Positions 25,864 to 34,946 of a stretch of DNA of 64,000 nucleotides are shown here, piece by piece (position 1 is the first letter of the stretch; each line of letters starts with the position of its first letter). The stretch is from Bryobacterales bacterium (lineage in GTDB: Bacteria > Acidobacteriota > Terriglobia > Bryobacterales > UBA6623). The notes beneath the pieces were generated by a model that worked only from the letters and a program-made list of their open reading frames with translations, was not told the origin of the DNA and searched no databases. A program made the translations under genes and the position numbers. Where the stretch lies: positions 665,452 through 729,451 of the forward strand of contig CBDCTD010000001.1 in NCBI GenBank assembly GCA_965222095.1, given 5' to 3'.

Positions 25864-27345
25864 TCAAACCTCCATCGCTGCCCGTACATCAGGGGCGAGG
25901 CGCTCTTCTTCCCGCGGGTTGGTGTACCAGGAGACGAAAACAAAAACCGCGAGCGAAACCAGCAGCGAGAAAGACCCGACGGCCATCCCCTGGGGCAGAA
26001 TGTAGGTACCGTGCCTTGCCGAAAGCTCGAGAGCGAAATTCAAGATGATGCTCACCGCGATGGAAGTCACGCAGCCTTGGGCCGAAGCGCGTTTCCAATT
26101 CAGCCCAATCGCGACGCTGGGGACGATCGCGGCAGCGAAGGTTCCCCAACCAAACGTCCCAAGCAGCGCGATGAGGTTCTGCATATACAGGGCGAAGATG
26201 GCCGAGATAACCAGCAGGAATCCAGTAGCAACGCGCGACCATAGCAGCTCTCGCCCCACGCTGCGGCCGAGAACGGCAATCGGAATGTCCCGAACAACAG
26301 CCGCTGCGCCTATGTTCAAGAAGCTGTCCGCGGTGGACATGATCGCCGCCAGCAACCCGGCAAAGACGATCCCGGCGAGCCACTGCGGAGTGTAGTTGAG
26401 CAAAAAGACAGGCGCCGCCAGGTCAGGCGACTCGAGCGGGCTTTGGATGCCCCGCTCGACCAGGGCGCGCATCGAGAGACCGATACTCATCCAGAGCAAG
26501 CTCAGCAGCGCGTAGCAGAAGCCGGTCATCAAGGCGCCCCATTTCAACTGCCGGATGTCACGGAGCATCAGAAACTTGGTGATCGCGTGCGGCTGGCCGA
26601 CGTTGCCCAGCACGAAAAGCAGATACCAACTCAGTGCCATCAACGGCCCTCGAGAACCCCAGGCACTAATGAACTCCGGGTTCATTTCCCACAGCGTAGT
26701 ACTGATCTGCGACATCCCGCCTCCGGCCTGAAGCGCGTAGAAGAACACCGCAAGCGAGGCGACGATCATCAGCGTTCCCTGAAACAAGTCGGTGTAGACG
26801 CTGGCGAAAATGCCCCCCGCGACGCTGTAGAACGCCAGCACGCTGAGTCCGATCAGCAGCGCGACGGGAAGCTGCACATCAAGAACCGCGACCAGCACCA
26901 TCCCGATGGCGAGCACTTGAGTCCCTAGGTAGCCGACGACCCCCAGCAGGATGGCCAGGGCCATCATGAACCGTGGCCAACGGCCGCCGTAGCGCGCGGC
27001 GACGGCGTCGGGCAGCGTCAGAATCTCCCTAGCAACGGCGAGCAACCGCAGCCGCTTGCCGACCAGGATCCAGCTCAACGCGAACCCGCACGTTGCCGAG
27101 AAGGTAATCCACAACGAACTTGAGCCGGACTCAAATACCAGGCCGGGCCCGCCGACAAACCCAAAACCGCTCATGATACTCGACATGGCCGCAATCACCA
27201 GCACGATCGGACCTAGAGTCCGCCCGGCGACGAGAAAATCGGCAATGCTGTGAGTCCTCCGCATCGCCCAGACCCCTATGCCGGAGCAAGCCACCAAGTA
27301 GGCGACTACGCAAAGAATTACGATGGGGGATTCGGCGATCGGCAT
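25864..27345 (-). CDS. Sodium:solute symporter (PutP/PanF-like)
   Basis: DFLVAGR, SGFGFVGGPG, YTDLFQG, GQPHA, AAIMSTADS. Confidence 0.9.
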   Translation of the reverse strand: MPIAESPIVILCVVAYLVACSGIGVWAMRRTHSIADFLVAGRTLGPIVLVIAAMSSIMSGFGFVGGPGLVFESGSSSLWITFSATCGFALSWILVGKRLRLLAVAREILTLPDAVAARYGGRWPRFMMALAILLGVVGYLGTQVLAIGMVLVAVLDVQLPVALLIGLSVLAFYSVAGGIFASVYTDLFQGTLMIVASLAVFFYALQAGGGMSQISTTLWEMNPEFISAWGSRGPLMALSWYLLFVLGNVGQPHAITKFLMLRDIRQLKWGALMTGFCYALLSLLWMSIGLSMRALVERGIQSPLESPDLAAPVFLLNYTPQWLAGIVFAGLLAAIMSTADSFLNIGAAAVVRDIPIAVLGRSVGRELLWSRVATGFLLVISAIFALYMQNLIALLGTFGWGTFAAAIVPSVAIGLNWKRASAQGCVTSIAVSIILNFALELSARHGTYILPQGMAVGSFSLLVSLAVFVFVSWYTNPREEERLAPDVRAAMEV

Positions 27346-27782
27346 CAGCGATCCTGTTCCGCGCGCCCAAATTCGGCAATAAACTTCTGAAGCTTCTCCC
27401 GTCGCAGGACTGAAGTTTCGAAGATCAGCAGGTAGAGAATCCCGGGAATGAAGCCCACCGGCCAGATGCCATAGACCAGGAGCGCGGTGCTAAGCGGGAA
27501 GCCAAGCAACAGGATGGGGTCACCTTCGCTCTGATAGGTCCAGACGATCGCGGCAAACAGCAAAGAGTAGATGAGAAACACGCCGGCGAGTGTGTACAGG
27601 ACCGGCTTACGACGGCCTTGGCGCCCGAAACCGGCAGCGAGTACCGCCACGAGCAGCGCGAACGACACAAATCCGAACACGAGCCAGTAGCTAAGCAGAG
27701 AAAAAAGCAGGGCGATCAGAGAGAGGAAGCCGATGGCGAGCGCAGTGCGGTTGCTCGCAGATCCTACGGGAGCTTCCGTCAC
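27345..27782 (-). CDS. Small membrane protein coupled to the SSS transporter
   Basis: Four hydrophobic segments, stop/start overlap with the symporter; GTG start inferred. Confidence 0.6.
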   Translation of the reverse strand: MTEAPVGSASNRTALAIGFLSLIALLFSLLSYWLVFGFVSFALLVAVLAAGFGRQGRRKPVLYTLAGVFLIYSLLFAAIVWTYQSEGDPILLLGFPLSTALLVYGIWPVGFIPGILYLLIFETSVLRREKLQKFIAEFGRAEQDR

Positions 27783-27786
27783 AGGC

Positions 27787-28028
27787 TCAGTTTGCTTCCC
27801 AGACGAAGGCGGGAAACCTTCGGATGACCTGAAAGCCCACTCGCTCGTAGAGACTAACCGGGCTGCGGTTGGAGCCGGTGACGGTAAGGCTGACGGCTTC
27901 GCAGCCGTGCCCGCGGAAGGCTTCAATCGAGCGGCGCAGCAGCTCGTAGCCCACGCCGCGTCCGCGCATATGTGGCACCACGCACAGCTGCGTGATATGG
28001 CCTACCTGAGGTTGTACCAGCGTGGCTA
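27787..28028 (-). pseudogene. 3' part of a tandem GNAT acetyltransferase split by IS630
   Basis: HITQLCVVPHMRGRGVGYELL (acetyl-CoA motif), SLTVTGSN, LYERVGF; joins in frame to the 5' part. Confidence 0.9.
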
Positions 28029-29146
28029 GTGCTTACTATCATAAATTAGCGTATGAATGAGAAAGGGGTCGCTGCTGGACGTTAGCCTTGGTCCATTCGA
28101 ACGGGGCGGCGTTTTTGTTGTGCGCTTGGACGAAGCGGTCGATGGCCTGGCGTACTTCGTAAGGGGAGGTGAAACTGGCCCCGCGCAACGCTCTACGGCT
28201 GAGAATACTGAACCAGATCTCGACCTGGTTGAGCCAGGAGGCGTAGGTGGGCGTGTAGTGCAGGTGCACCTTGCGGTGGCGTTTGAGCCAGCGATCACGT
28301 TTCGGTTTGTGGGTGTTGAGGTTGTCCAGTACGACGTGCAACTCAAAACCTTGGTAGAGATCGACCAGTTGATTCATGAAGTCAAGAAACTCACGCCGTC
28401 TGCGGCGCCGGTAATGCCCGGCCGTGACGTGGCCGGTGGCGACCTCCAGGGCCGCGAACAAGGTCGTTGTGCCGTGGCGCTTGTAGCCGTGCGAGAAACC
28501 CGTCAAAGCCTTGCCGTCGGGCAGTCTGAGCCAACCCTGGGCGCGCTCCAGGGCCTGGATGTTGGGCTTCTCGTCGACCGCCAGCACGATGGCGTTGTCA
28601 GGCGGGTGCAGATAGAGTCCCACGATGTTGGCGGCTTTACGCGAGAATTCGGGATCGGTGGAGAGGCACCAACTACGCCGCCGGCACAACGAGATGCCGC
28701 GCCGACGCAACACGCGCCAGACCTGTTGGTCGCTGACATCGCCCAGCGCCGCGGCCAGCCGTGGAGCCGTCCAGGTCGCCTGTCCGCAAGGCGGCGTGTC
28801 GTCCAGCTTTTGCAGAATGCGTTTTTCGGTGTCAGCGTCGTATCGCCGCGGCTTGCCGGGTCGCGTTTCATCCGCCAGACCGGCCAGTCGTTGGCCAGCG
28901 AAGCGCGTACGCCACTTCGACACTCGTGCGGCCCGCGTGCCCAACTGGGCGGCGATCTCCCGGTTCGACATCCCTTGCGCCGCCAACAAAATGATCCGGG
29001 CTCTGTCCGCCGCACGGCGCTCGCTCTTGTGCGCGCGTCCCCAGCCCTCCAACGTCCGGCGTTCCCCAGTACTGAGTCTGATACGCGTGGCTATTCTTGC
29101 CATGCCGCATTGTCTCATACATACGGTTATTTATGATAGTAAGCAC
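28029..29146 (-). mobile_element. IS630-family element, 1118 bp, clean insertion at CTAG
   Basis: TIR GTGCTTACTATCATAAAT perfect for 18 bp, 31/34 overall; TA duplicated at 28027-28 and 29147-48. Confidence 0.96.
28039..29118 (-). CDS. IS630 family transposase (intact)
   Basis: N-terminal HTH, DEKPNIQAL, HGYKRHGTTTLFAAL, DNLNTH, SWLNQVEIWF; ATG at 29103 also possible. Confidence 0.95.
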   Translation of the reverse strand: MRQCGMARIATRIRLSTGERRTLEGWGRAHKSERRAADRARIILLAAQGMSNREIAAQLGTRAARVSKWRTRFAGQRLAGLADETRPGKPRRYDADTEKRILQKLDDTPPCGQATWTAPRLAAALGDVSDQQVWRVLRRRGISLCRRRSWCLSTDPEFSRKAANIVGLYLHPPDNAIVLAVDEKPNIQALERAQGWLRLPDGKALTGFSHGYKRHGTTTLFAALEVATGHVTAGHYRRRRRREFLDFMNQLVDLYQGFELHVVLDNLNTHKPKRDRWLKRHRKVHLHYTPTYASWLNQVEIWFSILSRRALRGASFTSPYEVRQAIDRFVQAHNKNAAPFEWTKANVQQRPLSHSYANL

Positions 29147-29875
29147 TAGGCTCATGCCGCAAAGCCCGCGCACCCGTCGCTCCCGAGCCACCACGGCGGC
29201 CTCGCGGAAGAACACGCCGCAGCCCGGATGCTGGGACGTGTTGTAGAGGAACCGTCGGGCCCCCGCGACACTGCGGTACTGGTCGTTGATGCGGCTGTCG
29301 ACGTGGTTGCGATAGGCGCTGGCGATCAATTCGGCAGCCTGGTCCAGGTAGCCGTCCAGCCACGGTTCATACGCGACATCGGGTTGGGGCTGAGGGGCGT
29401 CGAGCGGGCGATTGATCCCCTCGAGCAACATGAACAACCTTTCAAAGACGTCCAGATTCCGTCCGTAGATCGCTTCCTGTGCGGGATCAAACGATATCGT
29501 CAACAGTTGTCCCTCCACCCGCCGGACACCGGGAAAAACGATCGCTAGCTTGACGATGTTGTGGAACAGATACCGTTCGGCTTCTTCGCTACTCTGTCCG
29601 GCTGTAATGAAGAGATCGCCGATGAGCGCCTTGTCTTGCTCGTGGATGAAGTAACTGTAGCCAATTGGGTCGCCGTTCCTGACCAGCGCGTACCCGTACA
29701 GATTTCTGGTGTCGAGGAAACGACGGATCAAGTCCCTGGACGAGGCGAAATCCCAGCGTAGATCCCGTGACCAAAAGGCGTCCTGCTCTTCCAGCAGGTG
29801 ATGGAAGTCGCGAGCGCGAAACTGCCGCAGGTCGACAGCCTGCATATCCTGAGGCTGCACGGGAGAAGCCGCCAT
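29147..29875 (-). pseudogene. 5' part of the tandem GNAT acetyltransferase split by IS630
   Basis: Reads ...GLCGMSL up to the TA; continues as ATLVQPQVG on the other flank. Confidence 0.88.
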
Positions 29876-30167
29876 CTTGCCGATTATACCTTCTGGCCTT
29901 TTTCACAAGAATAGATTTTTTGCTGGTCCGGTTGACCGGAGTACATCGTTCGAGCAGCCGAAGGCGCCGCGTCTAGGGAGTGCCGAAGAGTCTTGTCACA
30001 GTTCTGCCACCGGGAGCCAAAGCGAGTCTCCGGACCGATGCGAGAATAAGGTTAGTGCTGTCCAGACGAGAGCTTGTTCAACTTCTTCTTTGGGGCAGCT
30101 TCGTGGGAGAGCCTACAAACCGAATCTTCGCAAGCTTGATCTCGTAAACGTTGTTGGGGAGCCATCC

Positions 30168-30977
30168 CTACCGAAACCAGCCCGTAACCCAATCGATGGC
30201 TAGATCGAAGAACGAATAGTCTTTGCCGACGTCCGATTGGTCGTTGAGCCCCCAGTGGTAAGAGAGAAAGCTGATTTGCAGCCTCTCGTCCCCGAACGCC
30301 GCCATGGTTTCCCCAGGTCCGTAATGGCGGAGAAGCCCTTCGAGTCCCCCTGGGTAAGTTGCGAAGTCTTCCCCGTACCAGGAAAAAATCGAGCTGACCT
30401 CGGCCTGCGCACTGCGAGGGTCAAAACGGTTTAGCTCTGTGTTCGACAGCCACTCGCGGGTGTTTTCGTCGAGCTGTTCATTGATAAGGCCGGCCACATA
30501 GGCCTCGCGCCGCAGGGGAGGGCAGCTTAACGAGGCGCAAACGAGCGCTGAGTGAATTCTTGGGTCGCCGGTTTCCCTCAGCAACTCTTCGATTTCGTCC
30601 AGAGAAACGGATGCTCCACCTAGGGTGTGCCGACGCTCTCGGAACGGATTCGGTGTCGCCTGGATGCTTTTGGTGGGATAGTTTTCCACGACCCAGCGGA
30701 TCGTCAGCGCATTGTAGGCGTTGATAAGGGTGGCCTTCTGTTCCGCGGGAGAGATCTCGTCCACCCCGGCCTCTCGCAAGCGGTCAACGTAAATATTAAG
30801 CCGGCTCACCCCCCGCTGCTGCAGGCCGGCATAGTCCACGAGGTACTGTTCATTGACAAATTCACTAAGGAGCGCGTCCCAAGTAGCGTGATCGACTCGT
30901 GGGATCCGAGGACTGCCGAGCAGCGTGCCTGCCACCAGAAGACAGAGCCCGCTAGAACGAATAAATGTGATCACCAT
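30168..30977 (-). CDS. DUF547 domain secreted protein
   Basis: VDYAGL, LINAYNA, SLDEIE, DPRIHSALVCASLSCPPL, VSSIFSWYGEDF, YHWGLN. Confidence 0.9.
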   Translation of the reverse strand: MVITFIRSSGLCLLVAGTLLGSPRIPRVDHATWDALLSEFVNEQYLVDYAGLQQRGVSRLNIYVDRLREAGVDEISPAEQKATLINAYNALTIRWVVENYPTKSIQATPNPFRERRHTLGGASVSLDEIEELLRETGDPRIHSALVCASLSCPPLRREAYVAGLINEQLDENTREWLSNTELNRFDPRSAQAEVSSIFSWYGEDFATYPGGLEGLLRHYGPGETMAAFGDERLQISFLSYHWGLNDQSDVGKDYSFFDLAIDWVTGWFR

Positions 30978-31163
30978 GGGAACCGCGGAGGGATCTTTCA
31001 GGGTACGGGAAAGGCTGGTGAAAAGCACTTCAGGGTTGTCCGAGTCTCCGGGACCGGGAAAGGCTTGCTTGGCTCAACTTCCGCCACCCGTCGTTGGTAG
31101 TTTCGAGCAGCGGGTCTCAGGCTACACAAAGGGGGGGCCATCAGCTTCAGGCTTGTCGACCCG

Positions 31164-31502
31164 TTACCCCGTGGTGCCGGTCTGCTCCGCGGCGGCAGCG
31201 GGCAACGACGCACCCGGATGGCTTCCATTAGAAGATAATCCGCTGCGTTGCAGCACATACCCCTGTCGCACAATCGTGTGGATCAAGATGTCAGTGCGGT
31301 CGCGCAGTTTCTTGCGAAGCCGACTGACGTGAACATCGACTGTCCGCGTGCGGGTGTCGTCGCTGTACCCCCAGATAGTCTTCAGCAAGTAGGACCGTGA
31401 GTAGCAACGACCGGGGTTGCTTTCCAACAGTTTCAGCAAGTCTCGTTCTTTTCGAGTCAGCACCGGTTTGTCGATTGTCGAGCCAGCGCGATTCACATCC
31501 AT
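31164..31502 (-). CDS. Stand-alone OmpR/PhoB-type winged-helix DNA-binding protein
   Basis: LTRKERDLL..NPGRCYSR..IWG..TRTVDVHVSRLRKKL..TIVRQGY; no receiver domain. Confidence 0.82.
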   Translation of the reverse strand: MDVNRAGSTIDKPVLTRKERDLLKLLESNPGRCYSRSYLLKTIWGYSDDTRTRTVDVHVSRLRKKLRDRTDILIHTIVRQGYVLQRSGLSSNGSHPGASLPAAAAEQTGTTG

Positions 31503-31591
31503 CCGTCCCCCCCCCAGGGGTGTCAACCGTGTCCCCTATCCTGTTTTTCGCTGCGTGGGAAGGGAAGGTTACGCTGAGGGTGCAATTTCCG

Positions 31592-33070
31592 CTACGGTCC
31601 GGCGAAAACGGCTGGGTCGGACTCGACTCGATAGGGACGCGGATGGGAGGAGCAGTCGGGAAGCCGTCCGGAGCTGTAATACCGAAGGCCGTAGGCCGCG
31701 TGCCGTCTGATCTCACCGAGGCAGGTTTCTGCTAGATGCGGCTCCGCTTGGCGCCACAACGTCCTTGTGCCCGCCACCTGGTCGATCGCTGGAAACGCTT
31801 GTATCTTCAAATAGATAAAGCTGGCTGCTGCAAAAGAGCCCAGCACAGTAAACGCCACACCTCTTTTACGGTGCCGCGTGGCCCACCAAATCACACCGGC
31901 CAGGGTTATTGTCGCCAACACCCAAGCCCACGAGATTGACTCAGGCGGCCAAGCCTTCGCTAGCCCCCGGCTCAGAGCTTGCGGCAATAGAGCTTCGGCC
32001 AGCGGAACCAGTACTAGCAGCAGGGCACTTGCCCCCAGCGCCAGGCCGGGACTTCGGGTACGGGCGAGCCGTACCCCCATGAGGGCAGCCACAGGAGGCA
32101 AGGCAGGCAAAATGTAGCCCGGCAGCTTGTTTCTGACCAGAGAGAAGAAAACCACTGTGAACAAAGCCCAAAAGCCCAGAAATCGCAGGCGCCCGTCCTG
32201 GCGCCAGCCATCGCCCCGGTCACTGCCGAAGAGCAGACAGAGCAATGGGGTCCAGGGCAGAAAGGCGGCTAGCAAGATCGGGATGAAGTACCACACAGGT
32301 TGAGTGTGGCGGATTGATTCACCAGCTAGGCGCTGAAAATGATGTCGCCAGAAGAACTCGTCGAAAAACGCCTGTCCGTTTTCGAGATAGCACAACACGT
32401 ACCACGGCAAAGCAATCACCGCAAACGACAAAACGACGCGGGGATGCAACAGTTGGACTACTACAGCGCGAAACCCGCGGTTGAAAAAAACCGGCACCAC
32501 CGCCAGCACTGCGAGCGCGGGGCCAACTAGCCCTTTGGCCAAGGCCGAAACCCCGACGAGAGCGCCGAATGCGGATAGCCGGCGGGGGCTTGGGTCTTGG
32601 TGATCTCGCGCCCATCCCAGCAGCAACAGAAGCGCCGCTGAAAGCGAAGCGGTCAAGGGCAGATCAAACACCCCGACTTGGCTAAAAGCCACCCAGCCGG
32701 CCGAGGTCCCAAGGATCGTCGTGGCGTACTCAGCGGCGGGGCTTCCGAATTCGCTTCTGATCTGGAAATAGTAAAAGATCAGAAACCCCAAGCTCATCAA
32801 AGCCACCGGCAACCGCGTGGCGCGGTCATCAGAAAGCCCTAGCTTCGCGGCCAGAGATCCCATCCAATAGAGCAAAGCCGGCTTCTCGAACCAGGGCTGC
32901 CCATCCAGACGAGGCGTGATCCAATCTCCGGACTCCGCCATTTCGCGGGCCACTGCGGCGTACCGCGGTTCGTCGGGGCCGACCAGACCTCGGTCCGACA
33001 TGCCGGCGACGAACAACAAATAGGCGAGCATTACAAGGAAGCTGCCGGCAGCGATGTGGCGAAGGGTCAT
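31592..33070 (-). CDS. ArnT-like (GT83/39) glycosyltransferase
   Basis: DEPRYAAVAREM..GDWITPRL, WFEKPALLYW, LAKGLVG, KLPGYILP. Confidence 0.9.
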   Translation of the reverse strand: MTLRHIAAGSFLVMLAYLLFVAGMSDRGLVGPDEPRYAAVAREMAESGDWITPRLDGQPWFEKPALLYWMGSLAAKLGLSDDRATRLPVALMSLGFLIFYYFQIRSEFGSPAAEYATTILGTSAGWVAFSQVGVFDLPLTASLSAALLLLLGWARDHQDPSPRRLSAFGALVGVSALAKGLVGPALAVLAVVPVFFNRGFRAVVVQLLHPRVVLSFAVIALPWYVLCYLENGQAFFDEFFWRHHFQRLAGESIRHTQPVWYFIPILLAAFLPWTPLLCLLFGSDRGDGWRQDGRLRFLGFWALFTVVFFSLVRNKLPGYILPALPPVAALMGVRLARTRSPGLALGASALLLVLVPLAEALLPQALSRGLAKAWPPESISWAWVLATITLAGVIWWATRHRKRGVAFTVLGSFAAASFIYLKIQAFPAIDQVAGTRTLWRQAEPHLAETCLGEIRRHAAYGLRYYSSGRLPDCSSHPRPYRVESDPAVFAGP

Positions 33071-33293
33071 CGCAAGATCCTCCCTAGTGTAGCCAAGCCA
33101 CGAACGGGCGAAGCCTTTCCGGTTTCGTCCTGGCACCGGGTGGGTTCATTTGTGCCCTTTGTCGCAGGCAGGCTTCGCGACTTCCTCCGACCTCCTGCCA
33201 ATCGGTTAACAGGATGCGTAAGTGAAGGAAGGGATCACCGCTCCAACGAAACCGGCCGCGGCACGACTTCTTGCCTTGGCGAAGCCAGTCAGT

Positions 33294-33520
33294 GTAGCGC
33301 GGACCCGGTGCCTTTCCGGGGTCCGCGTCCTTGGGCCTTGCGGCTGTTGTCTCTGTTGTGACGACAAGGCGCGAAGCGCCGCGCGGATCATAGCCCAGGG
33401 TGAAGCGAAGTCCCGTAGTCCCGTAGCGCACGGGTCGGCGGCCGTTTCGCCGAGACGTGCGGCCGTGATGTGTTTTTCCCGGACGACTCTCTGGCCGGTC
33501 GAGTCCCGTAGACTTGCGGC
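33294..33520 (+). repeat. GTAG-tagged REP hairpins at 33294-33329 and 33423-33463 plus a collapsed copy at 33508
   Basis: CGCGGACC...GGTCCGCG and CGCACG..TCGGCG...CGCCGA..CGTGCG stems after GTAG. Confidence 0.75.
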
Positions 33521-33638
33521 CGTTGTCTCTGTCGTTGCGAGACAAGGCGCGAAGCGCCGCGCGGATCATAGCCCAGGGTGAAGCGAAGCGAAACCCTGGG
33601 TTGGCAAGGCCTTAGGCCAGCCCTGAAAGGGCGCAGGA
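33363..33638 (+). repeat. 48-bp exact direct repeat (33363-33410, 33541-33588) leading into a BIME-like REP
   Basis: GACAAGGCGCGAAGCGCCGCGCGGATCATAGCCCAGGGTGAAGCGAAG twice; CCCAGGGT...ACCCTGGG and GCCCT-GAA-AGGGC follow the second copy. Confidence 0.9.
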
Positions 33639-33957
33639 CCAGTCAGCGCCACGTCTGTTAGCCGCGTTCGGAGCCGCACAAAACCTCCACCGGTCACGCC
33701 ACTTCCAAAATCTCATCTCCCTCATTCCACGGCACTTACCACGCCTGACCCTCTTCGAACCCCGCCACTCTAGCTTACCCTGGAATCGGAGACTCCGGTC
33801 ACTTAGACCGGCTGCCGCTCGCAGGGGACAGGCAACGGTGAAAACCTTCTCGCCCGCCAAGCCTGCGCTACACACGGACTCTTGTTGCTCGCGGGGCAAG
33901 TCGTTCCCCGGTGCCTGTCCCCGCGGGCTCGCCGCCCCAACGAAAGGAATAATGATC

Positions 33958-34173
33958 ATGGCTACAACAGCCCAGATGAAAGCAAATCGCAATAACGCCA
34001 AGAAATCCACTGGTCCGCGGGCTGACGCCGGCGGCTCTGCCAGGCAACGCGCAATTTTCTCGCAGTCGCGGGGGCTACAACAAGCGCGACCGAAAATCCT
34101 TTGTGGCGCACGCTCTCAGCGTGCCGCGTCGAGACTCATCTCGACGCCTCCGGAGCGCTTCAATCACAAATGA
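33958..34173 (+). pseudogene. Truncated member of the MATxAQxxANRxNAxKSTGP hypothetical protein family
   Basis: AAAGGA RBS then MATTAQMKANRNNAKKSTGPR; similarity to the family as I recall it ends after about 30 codons. Confidence 0.6.
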
Positions 34174-34898
34174 CCAAACAAACCCAATCTCGTGGAACCC
34201 TAATGAAACTAACGCTTTGTAGCGATGAAACCCGTAGCGCGGATCTCGCCGTTGAGATCCGCGGCCTTTGCTCCGTCCCGCCGCTAACCGCTAGGACCAG
34301 TCTCTCGGGAGCCGCTTCTCCGCACCGCGCCGGGAACCAACATTCCGATCATGCGAACACATCCGATTTCTTTGTGGCGCACGCTCTCAGCGTGCCGCGT
34401 CGAGACTCATCTCGATGCCTGAGAGCGCTTCAATCACAAAAAACCAAACAAACCCAATTCCGCCGAACTCCCGTGAAATCAACCGCCCAATGCCAATCGA
34501 CCAGCGACAGAGCCGCGGGCGGCAGCCCGCAGTCAACCACCCCGGGGTTACCGCTCGAGTCACGAGGTTCAGCGAACCACCCCCTCACGGTCACAGCTCC
34601 GGCAGACGGAAACCGATCGCCCCGGAGCCGTGCGTGTGAGCAAGCGGTAAGCTTCAAAACCCCTTCCGGTTCCGTAATGACCAAACAAACCCAATCTCGC
34701 CGAACCCTAATGAAACCAACGCTTTATAACGACGAAACCGGTAGCGCGGATCTCGCCGTTGAGATCCGCGGCCTTTGCTCCGTCCCGCCGCTAACCGCTA
34801 GCACCAGTCTCTCGGGAGCCGCTTCTCCGCACCGCGCCGGGAACCAATATTCCCGCCAAGTGAAAGAGTCCGACCCTTCTGTGGCGCACGCTTTCAGC
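34099..34898 (+). repeat. Composite direct-repeat array of REP modules
   Basis: 177-bp block 34170-34346 repeated at 34677-34853 (9 mismatches counted by eye); about 90-bp block 34099-34188 repeated at 34370-34458; partial third copy at 34881. Confidence 0.92.
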
Positions 34899-34946
34899 AT
34901 AGTGGTCAGCCTGCCACACCCCACAGCTTGGTATCTTCTTGGGGAA

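Noticed and set aside
28057-29136. 359-aa plus-strand ORF
   Set aside because: Antisense shadow of the IS630 transposase; no motif or RBS support
34099-34898. Possible CRISPR array
   Set aside because: Units are 90-177 bp, irregular and nested, with no unique spacers of constant length and no cas genes
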